This document shows, one piece after another, positions 24,628 to 32,000 of a stretch of 32,000 nt of DNA. Each line of letters begins with the position of its first letter. Within the stretch, counting starts at the first letter, position 1. A program made the position numbers and the translations under genes. Under the pieces are notes generated by a model. That model was not told the origin of the DNA. It searched no databases and saw only the letters and a program-made list of their open reading frames with translations. Source of the stretch: Thermofilum adornatum. GTDB lineage: Archaea; Thermoproteota; Thermoprotei; Thermofilales; Thermofilaceae. Location of the stretch: positions 960,001-992,000 of the forward strand of contig NC_022093.1 of assembly GCF_000446015.1 (NCBI RefSeq). Reading direction: 5' to 3'.

Positions 24628-26179
24628 TGCTAGTGCTCCTGGTAAGGCTTGGAAACGGATAAGAGCCGCTTGCGAGCAGGAAGTATGTCTGCTCTGGACG
24701 CAGATAATACTCCCTAATAACGTGGCTGACATCCTCGAACTTGTTAACATTGTTCTTAGCTAGTAGCTCTAGGATGGCTTTTCTTCTCTGGAGCTCTTCC
24801 TCTAGGTTCTTCTGTGGAATATATCTCTCCTGGGCAATAGCCTTTATTAGCTCGCTCTCGCCAACCTTCTCTATCTTCATAGTTACGGGATTATAGCTGA
24901 AAACCACGTTAAGCTTAACCTGCTTCTTATCCTCGTCTATCCCAACAGCCTCGGCAACAGTTACGATTCTTCGCACTATCTGCTCTCCTATCTTTATCCT
25001 CTTAATCAACATGAAGACGTTCATCAGGGGGACAAGGAATAGCGGTATATTCATGGGCGGCGAGATAAGCCTCTTCACGGCATAATCGATGTTCTCAGCA
25101 TGTAGAGTACTCATGCCCGAGTGACCTGTAGCTATCGCCTGGAACAATGTGAAAGCCTCTTCGCCCCTAATTTCTCCCACAATGAGGTAGTCTGGCCGCA
25201 TCCTCATAGCGCTCTTGAGTAGATCAAATAGGTCCACGTTTCTCACCCATTCCTCGTAGCTTGGACGTGTAACCAGAGGGGTCCAGTTTTCGTGTGGGAG
25301 TCTAAGCTCGGGCGTATCCTCTATTGTCACAATTTTTGCCTCTGGCCTTATGAATGTGGTCACTGCGTTGAGGGTAGTTGTCTTTCCGCCAGCGGTTGCG
25401 CCAATTATCAGTATGCTTCGATAGTTTTCTACAAGGTACCAAAGGTATGCTGCAACCTCCTCGTTAAGCGTGCCATTTTGTATCAAATCAATTATGGTAT
25501 AGGGTACCTCTCTAAACTTCCTAATGGTAAACGTCCCGCCTTTCCTCGATACCTCCTCTAGTGTTGCATGCAACCTAAACCCCATAGGCAATGAGCCTTC
25601 AGCAATAGGCTGGGCCACAGAAATGTGCCTACCAGCCCTAAAACTCAGCTTGAGTATCAAGCTGGAAAGTTCTTCGGGATCCCGGAACACTATATTTGTT
25701 GGTATCGACTCGTACCTCCTATGCCAAACATATACTGGAACATTTAGGCCGTCACAGGAAATATCCTCAATGTTGGGGTCCTTTAGCAGGGCATCTATAC
25801 GGCCATAGCCTATCGTATCGCGTTTAATATAGTAGAGATACTTGTCTAGGCTCTCAGGCGGAACTTTTATCTTGTATTTCTTTATGACGTCCTGTACCTC
25901 TTTCTCTAGGAAAACCTCTGGAGAAGTAGCCAGCATCCTGACAGCTTCGTCGATCCTTGCAGGAACCCTCTCAAGCATCCTTGTCCTTAGAGCATTCAAT
26001 GTTTCTAGGTCGTTTCTAGTTAGAGGCGGCTCAACAAGCCTATACTCGACTGCGCCCTCTGCGCTCTTAACAATCAAAGCATAGGCATAGGGGGGCTGAA
26101 TGGGGTAGAACTCTAGGACAATCTCTTTATCTTTAACGCCAGAAACTATGGGTATTTCTCCTGCATGTTGCACAGACAT
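24620..26179 (-). CDS. Type II/IV secretion-family ATPase (archaeal type IV pilus / archaellum FlaI-ArlI-like assembly ATPase)
   Basis: 519 aa. Archaeal-type N-terminal domain (YPIQPPYAYALIVKSAEGAVEYRLVEPPL). Walker A GATAGGKTTTLNA. Walker B/Asp box DYLIVGEIRGEEA. His box GHSGMSTLHA. Confidence 0.85.
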   Translation of the reverse strand: MSVQHAGEIPIVSGVKDKEIVLEFYPIQPPYAYALIVKSAEGAVEYRLVEPPLTRNDLETLNALRTRMLERVPARIDEAVRMLATSPEVFLEKEVQDVIKKYKIKVPPESLDKYLYYIKRDTIGYGRIDALLKDPNIEDISCDGLNVPVYVWHRRYESIPTNIVFRDPEELSSLILKLSFRAGRHISVAQPIAEGSLPMGFRLHATLEEVSRKGGTFTIRKFREVPYTIIDLIQNGTLNEEVAAYLWYLVENYRSILIIGATAGGKTTTLNAVTTFIRPEAKIVTIEDTPELRLPHENWTPLVTRPSYEEWVRNVDLFDLLKSAMRMRPDYLIVGEIRGEEAFTLFQAIATGHSGMSTLHAENIDYAVKRLISPPMNIPLFLVPLMNVFMLIKRIKIGEQIVRRIVTVAEAVGIDEDKKQVKLNVVFSYNPVTMKIEKVGESELIKAIAQERYIPQKNLEEELQRRKAILELLAKNNVNKFEDVSHVIREYYLRPEQTYFLLASGSYPFPSLTRSTSTT

Positions 26180-26407
26180 CTAGAATAAACCTTATGACTA
26201 TCCTAATATTTATTACTGGCGCCTAGATATGCAAGTGTACTTTAACTCTGTAAAAATATCTAATGTATAAGATGTCGTAAATATCTCATTTGATAAAATC
26301 CTCTTGAATAGGTTTTTTACAAATAAATCTATAGAAAAAAGGTGATTTTTCTAACTTTTTACAGAAATGTTTTTCTGTTTCTATATGTGAAAACCTTGAA
26401 TTAAGTA

Positions 26408-27280
26408 ATGAATCTAGATGAGGAATTATTTGAAGCCGTAAAGAAAGGCGACGCCGAAAAAGTCAAGGAGTTTTTATCCAAAGGCATCAAGACTGATTTA
26501 AGGGACAAGGAGGGCTTCACGCCACTACACTATGCCGTTATTTACAACAGAAAGGATATTGCTGAGATATTAATAAAGCATGGGGCAAATGTTAATACAA
26601 AAAATCTGCTGGGGGAAACACCCTTACATTATTCTGCAAGACTTTGTCTTGCTGAGATCGCAGAGCTACTTGTCAGTGGTGGTGCAAATGTCAACATAAC
26701 CAATAATTATGGCATGACGCCTCTACACTACTCTGCCCATAATAACTGTATAGCTGTAGCCAAAGTTTTGATAGATAATGGTGCAGACCCAAATATAAGA
26801 GAAGATAACGGGTGTACGCCTCTACACTGGGCATCCAGCAACTGTTATCTTGATATGGTCTGGCTACTGTTAGAAGGTGGTGCATCTCTACACATCACTA
26901 ATAAAGATGGGAAAACACCTATAGATCTAGCACGCGAGAAGAACTGCATTGAGATTGTTAGAAAGCTCGTTGAGAGAGGAGCCGTTACCAGGCACTCCGA
27001 AATTAGCATTGTCGAGGTAAAAAGTTCCGGCCTAAAAGAGGAAGCGTGGGGCAAATTAATTGTAAAGATTAGGGGTAGAGGCGTGGTACATGTTTTAATT
27101 GAGGGAGACGTCGAATGGCTGGATCCGGGCGCTATAGATGTGTCTGGTGAGGCGGTCATCGAGGTTCCAATCCGCCCTAAAGTTGCAGGCGAGGTTCCTG
27201 TAAAGATAACTGTAGAATCGCTGGGAAGGGAAGAAACAAAGTTATCCTGGTTAAAGATTGAAAGCAAATCAAAATCGTGA
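26408..27280 (+). CDS. Ankyrin-repeat protein (about 5 ANK repeats) with a C-terminal beta-rich domain
   Basis: 290 aa. Four G-TPLH-A....-A--L---GA--N repeats (FTPLHYAV, ETPLHYSA, MTPLHYSA, CTPLHWAS), a fifth degenerate repeat (KTPIDLA) and an N-terminal cap. The last ~95 aa alternate hydrophobic and polar residues like an Ig-like sandwich. Confidence 0.85.
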   Translation: MNLDEELFEAVKKGDAEKVKEFLSKGIKTDLRDKEGFTPLHYAVIYNRKDIAEILIKHGANVNTKNLLGETPLHYSARLCLAEIAELLVSGGANVNITNNYGMTPLHYSAHNNCIAVAKVLIDNGADPNIREDNGCTPLHWASSNCYLDMVWLLLEGGASLHITNKDGKTPIDLAREKNCIEIVRKLVERGAVTRHSEISIVEVKSSGLKEEAWGKLIVKIRGRGVVHVLIEGDVEWLDPGAIDVSGEAVIEVPIRPKVAGEVPVKITVESLGREETKLSWLKIESKSKS

Positions 27281-27405
27281 CAGGATTATCCAAGCTCGAA
27301 TATAATGTAAACAAGCACTACATATCATGATTACATACAGAGAAGCTCATTGTGTGAACATTCACATCTATAGTATCAGTTAAATTTAATACAAATTGTT
27401 ACACA

Positions 27406-27415
27406 TTTTTTATTA
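27406..27415 (+). promoter_or_regulatory. TATA-like box candidate for the zinc-ribbon gene (leaderless GTG start)
   Basis: ttttttatta lies 25-34 nt upstream of the GTG at 27440. Confidence 0.3.
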
Positions 27416-27439
27416 GAAGTGATATAAAGGGCGGGCAAT

Positions 27440-28414
27440 GTGCAAAGCAGGGACACAGCTAGCCTTGAAAGTCTACGTAACATAGCCCAGGCGCTTCGCT
27501 CTTTGGTAACCTACCTAGTTGAAAACAATCTAGATGAGGTAGAAATTAACCCAAAAAATGGTAGCCAAAACCCTGTAAGGGCCATCGCAGAGAAGCATGG
27601 AATAGCGCTGGACGTCCTCATAGATGAAAGCGTAAAGAGAGGACTGCTCAAGCCTTACCCAGTTGACATGCTTGTTTTCTGTCCGAAATGTGGCTCTTCA
27701 ACTTTCCGGCTACGTCTAAAGTGTCCAAACTGTGGATCCCTAAACGTTACCAGGAACACTCTCTTCAGCCATGTTACATGTGGCTACATAGGCGTGCTCG
27801 AGGAAGCCCCTAGGGATTCTAAGGGCAGAATTTTTTGCCCAAAGTGTAAACAAGAATTGCTTAAGGAGGGGCAAGACTGGGTAAAGATAGGCGTAAACTG
27901 GAGATGCAGAGACTGTGGAACTACATTCGCATATCCAAAGCCTCTATTGGAATGTGTGGCATGCGGGGCAAAGGCGGATGAAAACACATTAGTCTATAGG
28001 CAGGTTTACAGGTACAAGGTTGACAAGAAGATAGCTTCAGACCTCTATGCACAAACATTCAGTAAGAGAGTAGGCGAGGTTCTCGCGGCATATGGGTGGA
28101 CCGTTACCCCGGCATCCGAAATCAAAGGAGTGAGCGGCATCCCGAAAAATGCTACACTCTTGGCTGAAAGAAAAGGCGAAAAAATGCTAGTCTATAACAT
28201 TTTCCCAAGGGAGGGAAACGTTGAAGAGGCCAGGAGAGAAGTCCTCAATGCTTTGGGAGCGGCACTGGACGGAGCTTTCAATCACCTTATCCTCGGGGTA
28301 AAAACCCCCACGCAGGTGGCAAAGATGCCTGAAAACGTGTCATCTATTGAAGGGGGCACACTAGAAGAGGTGATTAACAAATTACGCGACAAATTGACGA
28401 AGGAGAAACACTAG
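27440..28414 (+). CDS. Multi-zinc-ribbon protein with a helical N-terminal domain and an alpha/beta C-terminal domain (possible signalling or output protein)
   Basis: 324 aa with a GTG start. CPKCGSS-x10-CPNCGS, H..CGY, CPKCKQEL-x19-CRDCGT, and CVACGA. The C-terminal block GWTVTPASEIKGVSGIPKNATLLAERKGEKMLVYNIF is alpha/beta-like. No TM. Confidence 0.6.
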   Translation: MQSRDTASLESLRNIAQALRSLVTYLVENNLDEVEINPKNGSQNPVRAIAEKHGIALDVLIDESVKRGLLKPYPVDMLVFCPKCGSSTFRLRLKCPNCGSLNVTRNTLFSHVTCGYIGVLEEAPRDSKGRIFCPKCKQELLKEGQDWVKIGVNWRCRDCGTTFAYPKPLLECVACGAKADENTLVYRQVYRYKVDKKIASDLYAQTFSKRVGEVLAAYGWTVTPASEIKGVSGIPKNATLLAERKGEKMLVYNIFPREGNVEEARREVLNALGAALDGAFNHLILGVKTPTQVAKMPENVSSIEGGTLEEVINKLRDKLTKEKH

Positions 28415-28428
28415 GCAAACTTGTACTT

Positions 28429-29730
28429 GTGTCTCCAAAAAGATGGGTACGTGGCGGGAATACAACAAGCCTCGATATTTTATTGTGGAAAAAAGTCTGC
28501 GACACCATCGGGGTTGTAATCGCTACTGACGGGGAAACCCAGTACATTTTGCCCATAACGAGTTTCGGTTGCCGCGAAAAACAGATGGTAAAAATTGACG
28601 GGTCTACCTTCTGCGAGGCCGAATACATTCCAGTTTTTCTCAGAGAAGTGTTATCTGGAAAAACATCCCTAGAGCTAATCAATTATGAGGAACTTGATCC
28701 AGAAAGCCTCGTATTTGAGGGTTCCGTCGCTGAAGACGCAACGAATCCCCACGTTTTATACAGTGCAAAAAATGGGAAGCTATTGCTTAAGGGGTATAGG
28801 CTCTACAGGCGAGACAATCCAGAAGTCCTCTTCTTGAGATACCTCAGCCACTACAACGTCGCTCCGAGGCTGGTTGCAAGCTACAGCGCTGGTGGTGTCC
28901 CACTAGGCATATTAGTTGAATATATCGAGGGGGGTATTGACCCTGGAGCACCCCTCTACAGCTCTGCAAAAGAAACTCTCGCAGCACAATCAATTACGGG
29001 TTTAGACTGGAACATTTTGAAAAGCATAGGAAAAGCCGTCTCCATTTTTCATAACGCCATGTTGGAATGCATGGAAGAATGGTGCAAGCCGTCATATATT
29101 GATACACAAGACATTAGCGTTTGGAGAGCGAGGATGAAGCATTACTTGAACGAAATTGCGGGGGTCATACCTTCCACTTGGCTTGAAATACTTAACCTTT
29201 CTCTGCAAAAATATTCCAAGAGATTTGAAACGTTTTTGGATACATATAAGATAAGGATACACCAGGACTTGCATTTCTCACAGATGATATACAAGCCAAC
29301 AGGAAAAATCTACATCGTAGATTTTGAGGGCGAGCCAGGCAGGCCACCTGAATACAACACAGTCCTAGAGCCAGCCCTACGCGACATTGCCAGCATCGCT
29401 AGGGGAGCTTCTTACATCTCTTTCTATGCTGTTAAGGACTATTATGGGTTATCTCTAGAAGATACAGTCAAAGTATTTCAAGAAAGAGAAAGGCCAGCAA
29501 AACAACTAAACGAGTGGGCACAAGAGGTCCTTGAAAAGATAGTGGAAGAGTATCTAAGAACGCTGTCTAAGAGACTTACCCCTACGACTTCACCGGCCGA
29601 AGCATTAGAACTTGTTTTCCCATGGATGGTCGAGAGAGCACTTTACGAGGCATACTACGAGAAGAAATACCGGATACAAAACGTCGCCGTAGCCATATCA
29701 ACGCTTTTGTCTATCATCAATGGAAAATAA
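28429..29730 (+). CDS. Maltokinase (Mak/Pep2)-family kinase homologue (aminoglycoside-phosphotransferase/ELK fold); substrate unverified
   Basis: 433 aa with a GTG start. [14 protein letters not shown]...[17 protein letters not shown]...[16 protein letters not shown] aligns by eye with the Mak signature HGDLHLGQVL...IDFEGEP...SPLRDVAGMLRSFxYA. N-terminal KRWVRGG resembles the Mak RWFxGK cap motif. Confidence 0.65.
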   Translation: MSPKRWVRGGNTTSLDILLWKKVCDTIGVVIATDGETQYILPITSFGCREKQMVKIDGSTFCEAEYIPVFLREVLSGKTSLELINYEELDPESLVFEGSVAEDATNPHVLYSAKNGKLLLKGYRLYRRDNPEVLFLRYLSHYNVAPRLVASYSAGGVPLGILVEYIEGGIDPGAPLYSSAKETLAAQSITGLDWNILKSIGKAVSIFHNAMLECMEEWCKPSYIDTQDISVWRARMKHYLNEIAGVIPSTWLEILNLSLQKYSKRFETFLDTYKIRIHQDLHFSQMIYKPTGKIYIVDFEGEPGRPPEYNTVLEPALRDIASIARGASYISFYAVKDYYGLSLEDTVKVFQERERPAKQLNEWAQEVLEKIVEEYLRTLSKRLTPTTSPAEALELVFPWMVERALYEAYYEKKYRIQNVAVAISTLLSIINGK

Positions 29731-29768
29731 TTTATAGCCAAAAAGCCTATTTTATTTGGTGCATAAAC

Positions 29769-30524
29769 ATGAGTGTAATTGAAAAAGTTAAAACTGGAAT
29801 TCCAGGGTTTGATGATCTTCTTTTTGGAGGTATCCCAAAGAGAAACATTGTTTTACTCTCAGGAGGCCCCGGCACAGGCAAGTCCATATTTGGTCAGCAA
29901 TACCTGTACTACGGCTTGCAGCAGGGGGAGCCCGGCGTACTAGTAGCACTTGAAGAACACCCTGTCCAAGTAAGACGAAACATGGCTCACTTCGGCTGGG
30001 ACATAAAGAAGTACGAGGACAGCGGGCAATTTGCAATAGTTGATGCCTTTACTGGTGGTATTGGGGAAGCTGCCAAAAGAGAAAAATACGTGGTGACGAG
30101 CATAGACGATGTTGGAGAATTGATAGATGTAGTTAAAACGGCGATCAAAGACGTGAAGGCGGAAAGAGTGGTCATAGACTCTGTTTCGACGCTCTACATG
30201 AGTAAGCCAGCTGTGGCCAGGTCAGTAATGATGCAACTTAAAAGGGTTCTCTCGGGTCTGGGGGCAACATCAATTCTAGTGTCTCAGGTCAGCGTCACTG
30301 AGAGAGGCTTCGGCGGGCCAGGCGTAGAACACGCGGCCGACGGAATAGTAAGGCTAGATCTCGACGAGGTAAACGGCGAACTAGTGAGGTCTCTAATTGT
30401 CTGGAAGATGAGGGGGACAAAGCACGACATGAAGAGGCGGCCCTTCGACATAACGGACAAGGGCATAGTTGTCTATAGCGATAGGGTAATAAAGCTGAGA
30501 GGAACAATGTATAGTGGTGAGTAA
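29769..30524 (+). CDS. Single-domain KaiC/RecA-superfamily ATPase (COG0467-type; aRadC/KaiC-like)
   Basis: 251 aa from the ATG at 29769. [33 protein letters not shown] (Walker A), RVVIDSVS (Walker B), and a ...WKMRGTKHD...[13 protein letters not shown]-terminus typical of KaiC-like modules. Confidence 0.85.
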   Translation: MSVIEKVKTGIPGFDDLLFGGIPKRNIVLLSGGPGTGKSIFGQQYLYYGLQQGEPGVLVALEEHPVQVRRNMAHFGWDIKKYEDSGQFAIVDAFTGGIGEAAKREKYVVTSIDDVGELIDVVKTAIKDVKAERVVIDSVSTLYMSKPAVARSVMMQLKRVLSGLGATSILVSQVSVTERGFGGPGVEHAADGIVRLDLDEVNGELVRSLIVWKMRGTKHDMKRRPFDITDKGIVVYSDRVIKLRGTMYSGE

Positions 30525-30525
30525 A

Positions 30526-30957
30526 ATGGAGGTACCCCTGAAGCCCTTAGGTAAAGAAGACACCAGGAAACTAGAACTTGCACTCATTTTTGGCACGTTA
30601 ATGAGGCAAGACGTATTAGAGAAAATAAGGAACGCAGAGGACAAGATAACCTGGCTAGATTCTTTGATCATAGCCTCCGGGGCGCTAGCTAGGGAGAGAG
30701 CCGGCATGCCAGTCACAAAGATAGCAGAGGAGCTCGGCAGAACCGAGGCAACAATCAGAAACCACCTGACTGGGAAAACTGAGGCAGGCAAAATAGTCAA
30801 AGAAACATACGAATTACTCGTTAAAAAAGGCGGCAAGCTAGAGTTCCTGATACCGGGAGGCGAAGAAATCGAAAAACTGAGACGTGAAAACGAGGAACTC
30901 AAAAAGAAAATAGAAAACGTGAAGCAAGCCCTCCAAAGCTTACTTTCAACCCTTTAG
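30526..30957 (+). CDS. Helix-turn-helix protein with a C-terminal leucine-zipper-like coiled coil
   Basis: The ATG at 30526 is 1 nt after the KaiC-like stop; an in-frame GTG at 30514 overlaps it. HTH candidate MPVTKIAEELGRTEATIRNHL. C-terminal EEIEKLRRENEELKKKIENVKQALQSLL. Confidence 0.65.
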   Translation: MEVPLKPLGKEDTRKLELALIFGTLMRQDVLEKIRNAEDKITWLDSLIIASGALARERAGMPVTKIAEELGRTEATIRNHLTGKTEAGKIVKETYELLVKKGGKLEFLIPGGEEIEKLRRENEELKKKIENVKQALQSLLSTL

Positions 30958-32000
30958 AAGCTCACCGTATATAGCTGACGCTGTCGCTGCAGACGCGCTC
31001 CAACTAAAGTATTTTTCTACCCTTTCTATACAGTTCTTCCTCAAAATCTCGCCAGCGTCCGGGTATTCCTCTAGCAACCTAACAAGCTTCTCGTTGCCAA
31101 TCTTCTTTAAATACCACCCCAAGTTACCGGTATTTGAAGCCTCCATGAACGCCAGCATGTCTCTCAAGGCCTCGCCTAACTCATATGGGTCGCCCGGAGG
31201 AACAAGTAGCCCTGTGCCTTTGTCTCCATGATCATTTACGTCTAGGACAATTTCTTTTAGGCCACCAGTGCGAGACGCTACAAGTGGGTTACCAGTAGCC
31301 ATGGCTTCGAGCGCCATTATCCCAAAGGGTTCCCACCTCGAGGGGGCGAAAAACACGTCTGACGCTAGGTGCGCCAGCTTGTAGATTGAAGGCGCAACTC
31401 CATATATCACGCGTACATTTTCTGGATAGCTCCTCTGGAGATCAGCTAGCTGATAAATATAATCTTCTCCTCCCCACACAGGCAAAACTAGAAACACGAA
31501 CTTTGCGTTTCCGAGCTCTCTAAGCACACGCGGGACAGCCTCAACCATCAAGTCAAAGCCCTTCTGTCTAGCCAGTCTACCTGTTGTTATCGCCAAGGGA
31601 CCGTCAAAGAGAAATGGCTCCGGCTTTCCATTTTCACGGAGAGGAGGCAGCGAAATGTCTTGAATAATCTTTTTTATCCTCTCGTCTGGAATCACTGGCT
31701 CTTCACTTCTAAGCGATGCTATCCCCCTCAGTAGAAAGTATTTTCTAAGATCCAGCCGCCTGTTGAGATTTGTCTCTCCAGAAAAATCGATAATATTATT
31801 TCCATGTTCCCGAAGGACTTCTGCTTTTGCATTTTCAAACGTCCAGTCGGTCGCGTTATAGATAACGCGTGATTTTTCAGAGAAGCCGTGTCCCAGAAAA
31901 GGTAAAACCTCGTCATGTAGGTATGCCTTGCTCACTGTGATTAATCTGTCAGCCTCGTAGGCCCCCACCTTCTCGGCGATAAAGTTTGAGCGCGCGAGGG
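30946..32000 (-). CDS. glgA: Glycogen synthase-like retaining glycosyltransferase (GT-B, GT4/GT5), N-terminus outside the window
   Basis: The reading frame stays open beyond 31968 to the window edge (...LARSNFIAEKVGAYEADRLITVS). Motifs RLARQKGFDL and EPFGIMALEAMATGNPLVASRTGGLKEIV (E-x7-E). Confidence 0.7.
   Translation of the reverse strand, partial: LARSNFIAEKVGAYEADRLITVSKAYLHDEVLPFLGHGFSEKSRVIYNATDWTFENAKAEVLREHGNNIIDFSGETNLNRRLDLRKYFLLRGIASLRSEEPVIPDERIKKIIQDISLPPLRENGKPEPFLFDGPLAITTGRLARQKGFDLMVEAVPRVLRELGNAKFVFLVLPVWGGEDYIYQLADLQRSYPENVRVIYGVAPSIYKLAHLASDVFFAPSRWEPFGIMALEAMATGNPLVASRTGGLKEIVLDVNDHGDKGTGLLVPPGDPYELGEALRDMLAFMEASNTGNLGWYLKKIGNEKLVRLLEEYPDAGEILRKNCIERVEKYFSWSASAATASAIYGELLKG

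Noticed and set aside
26180-26407. Search for C/D-box sRNAs, small pilin ORFs or other ncRNAs in the long AT-rich spacers (also 27281..27439, 8684..8834, 16104..16233)
   Set aside because: I found no RUGAUGA...CUGA box pairs at sRNA spacing and no short ORF with a class III signal peptide by eye. These regions are most simply divergent promoter/terminator DNA. A covariance-model scan could still find something I missed.
29622-29768. 49-codon upstream extension of the KaiC-like ORF overlapping the kinase gene 3' end
   Set aside because: The extension ([10 protein letters not shown]...FIWCIN) overlaps the kinase coding frame and lacks family similarity. The conserved KaiC-like N-terminus begins at [15 protein letters not shown] (ATG at 29769).
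30393-30902. 169-aa minus-strand ORF antisense to the HTH gene and the end of the KaiC-like gene
   Set aside because: It is an S/P/L-rich antisense translation with no motifs, nested in two well-supported sense genes.

Overview
Compact, almost fully coding 32-kb chromosomal segment. By gene content it reads as a hyperthermophilic crenarchaeon, probably Desulfurococcales-like. This is an inference from content only; no database search was possible. Supporting genes are class I LysRS, archaeal GluRS, A-type ATPase stalk subunits (F, H, E), indolepyruvate:ferredoxin oxidoreductase, a geranylgeranyl-reductase homologue, the aconitase-X (DUF521/DUF126) pair of the modified mevalonate pathway, family-4 UDG, Trm5 and Trm112. 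There are also two intron-containing tRNA genes with bulge-helix-bulge splice motifs, and large surface proteins rich in N-glycosylation sequons. I call 33 CDS (2 truncated by the window edges), 2 tRNAs, one nested in-gene repeat pair, and a few TATA-like or oligo-T signals. I saw no rRNA, CRISPR array, transposase or integrase. The best candidates for undescribed biology are listed here. (1) A co-directional cluster at 27.4-31.0 kb: multi-zinc-ribbon protein, maltokinase-fold kinase, single-domain KaiC/RecA-like ATPase and an HTH/zipper protein, preceded by an ankyrin-repeat protein. (2) A 935-aa surface protein fusing a large ectodomain to an extracytoplasmic glutaredoxin-fold CxxC domain and a CcdA/DsbD-like membrane domain. 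(3) Two divergently transcribed long coiled-coil proteins sharing an ISTLP motif, one carrying a perfectly duplicated 77-bp segment. (4) A tRNA-Ala(CGC) candidate with two introns. (5) A class I LysRS whose KMSKS-equivalent motif has lost both lysines. (6) A type IV pilus-like ATPase and a platform protein separated by 6.6 kb of housekeeping genes. All functional calls rest on motif recognition by eye and need profile or structure searches.
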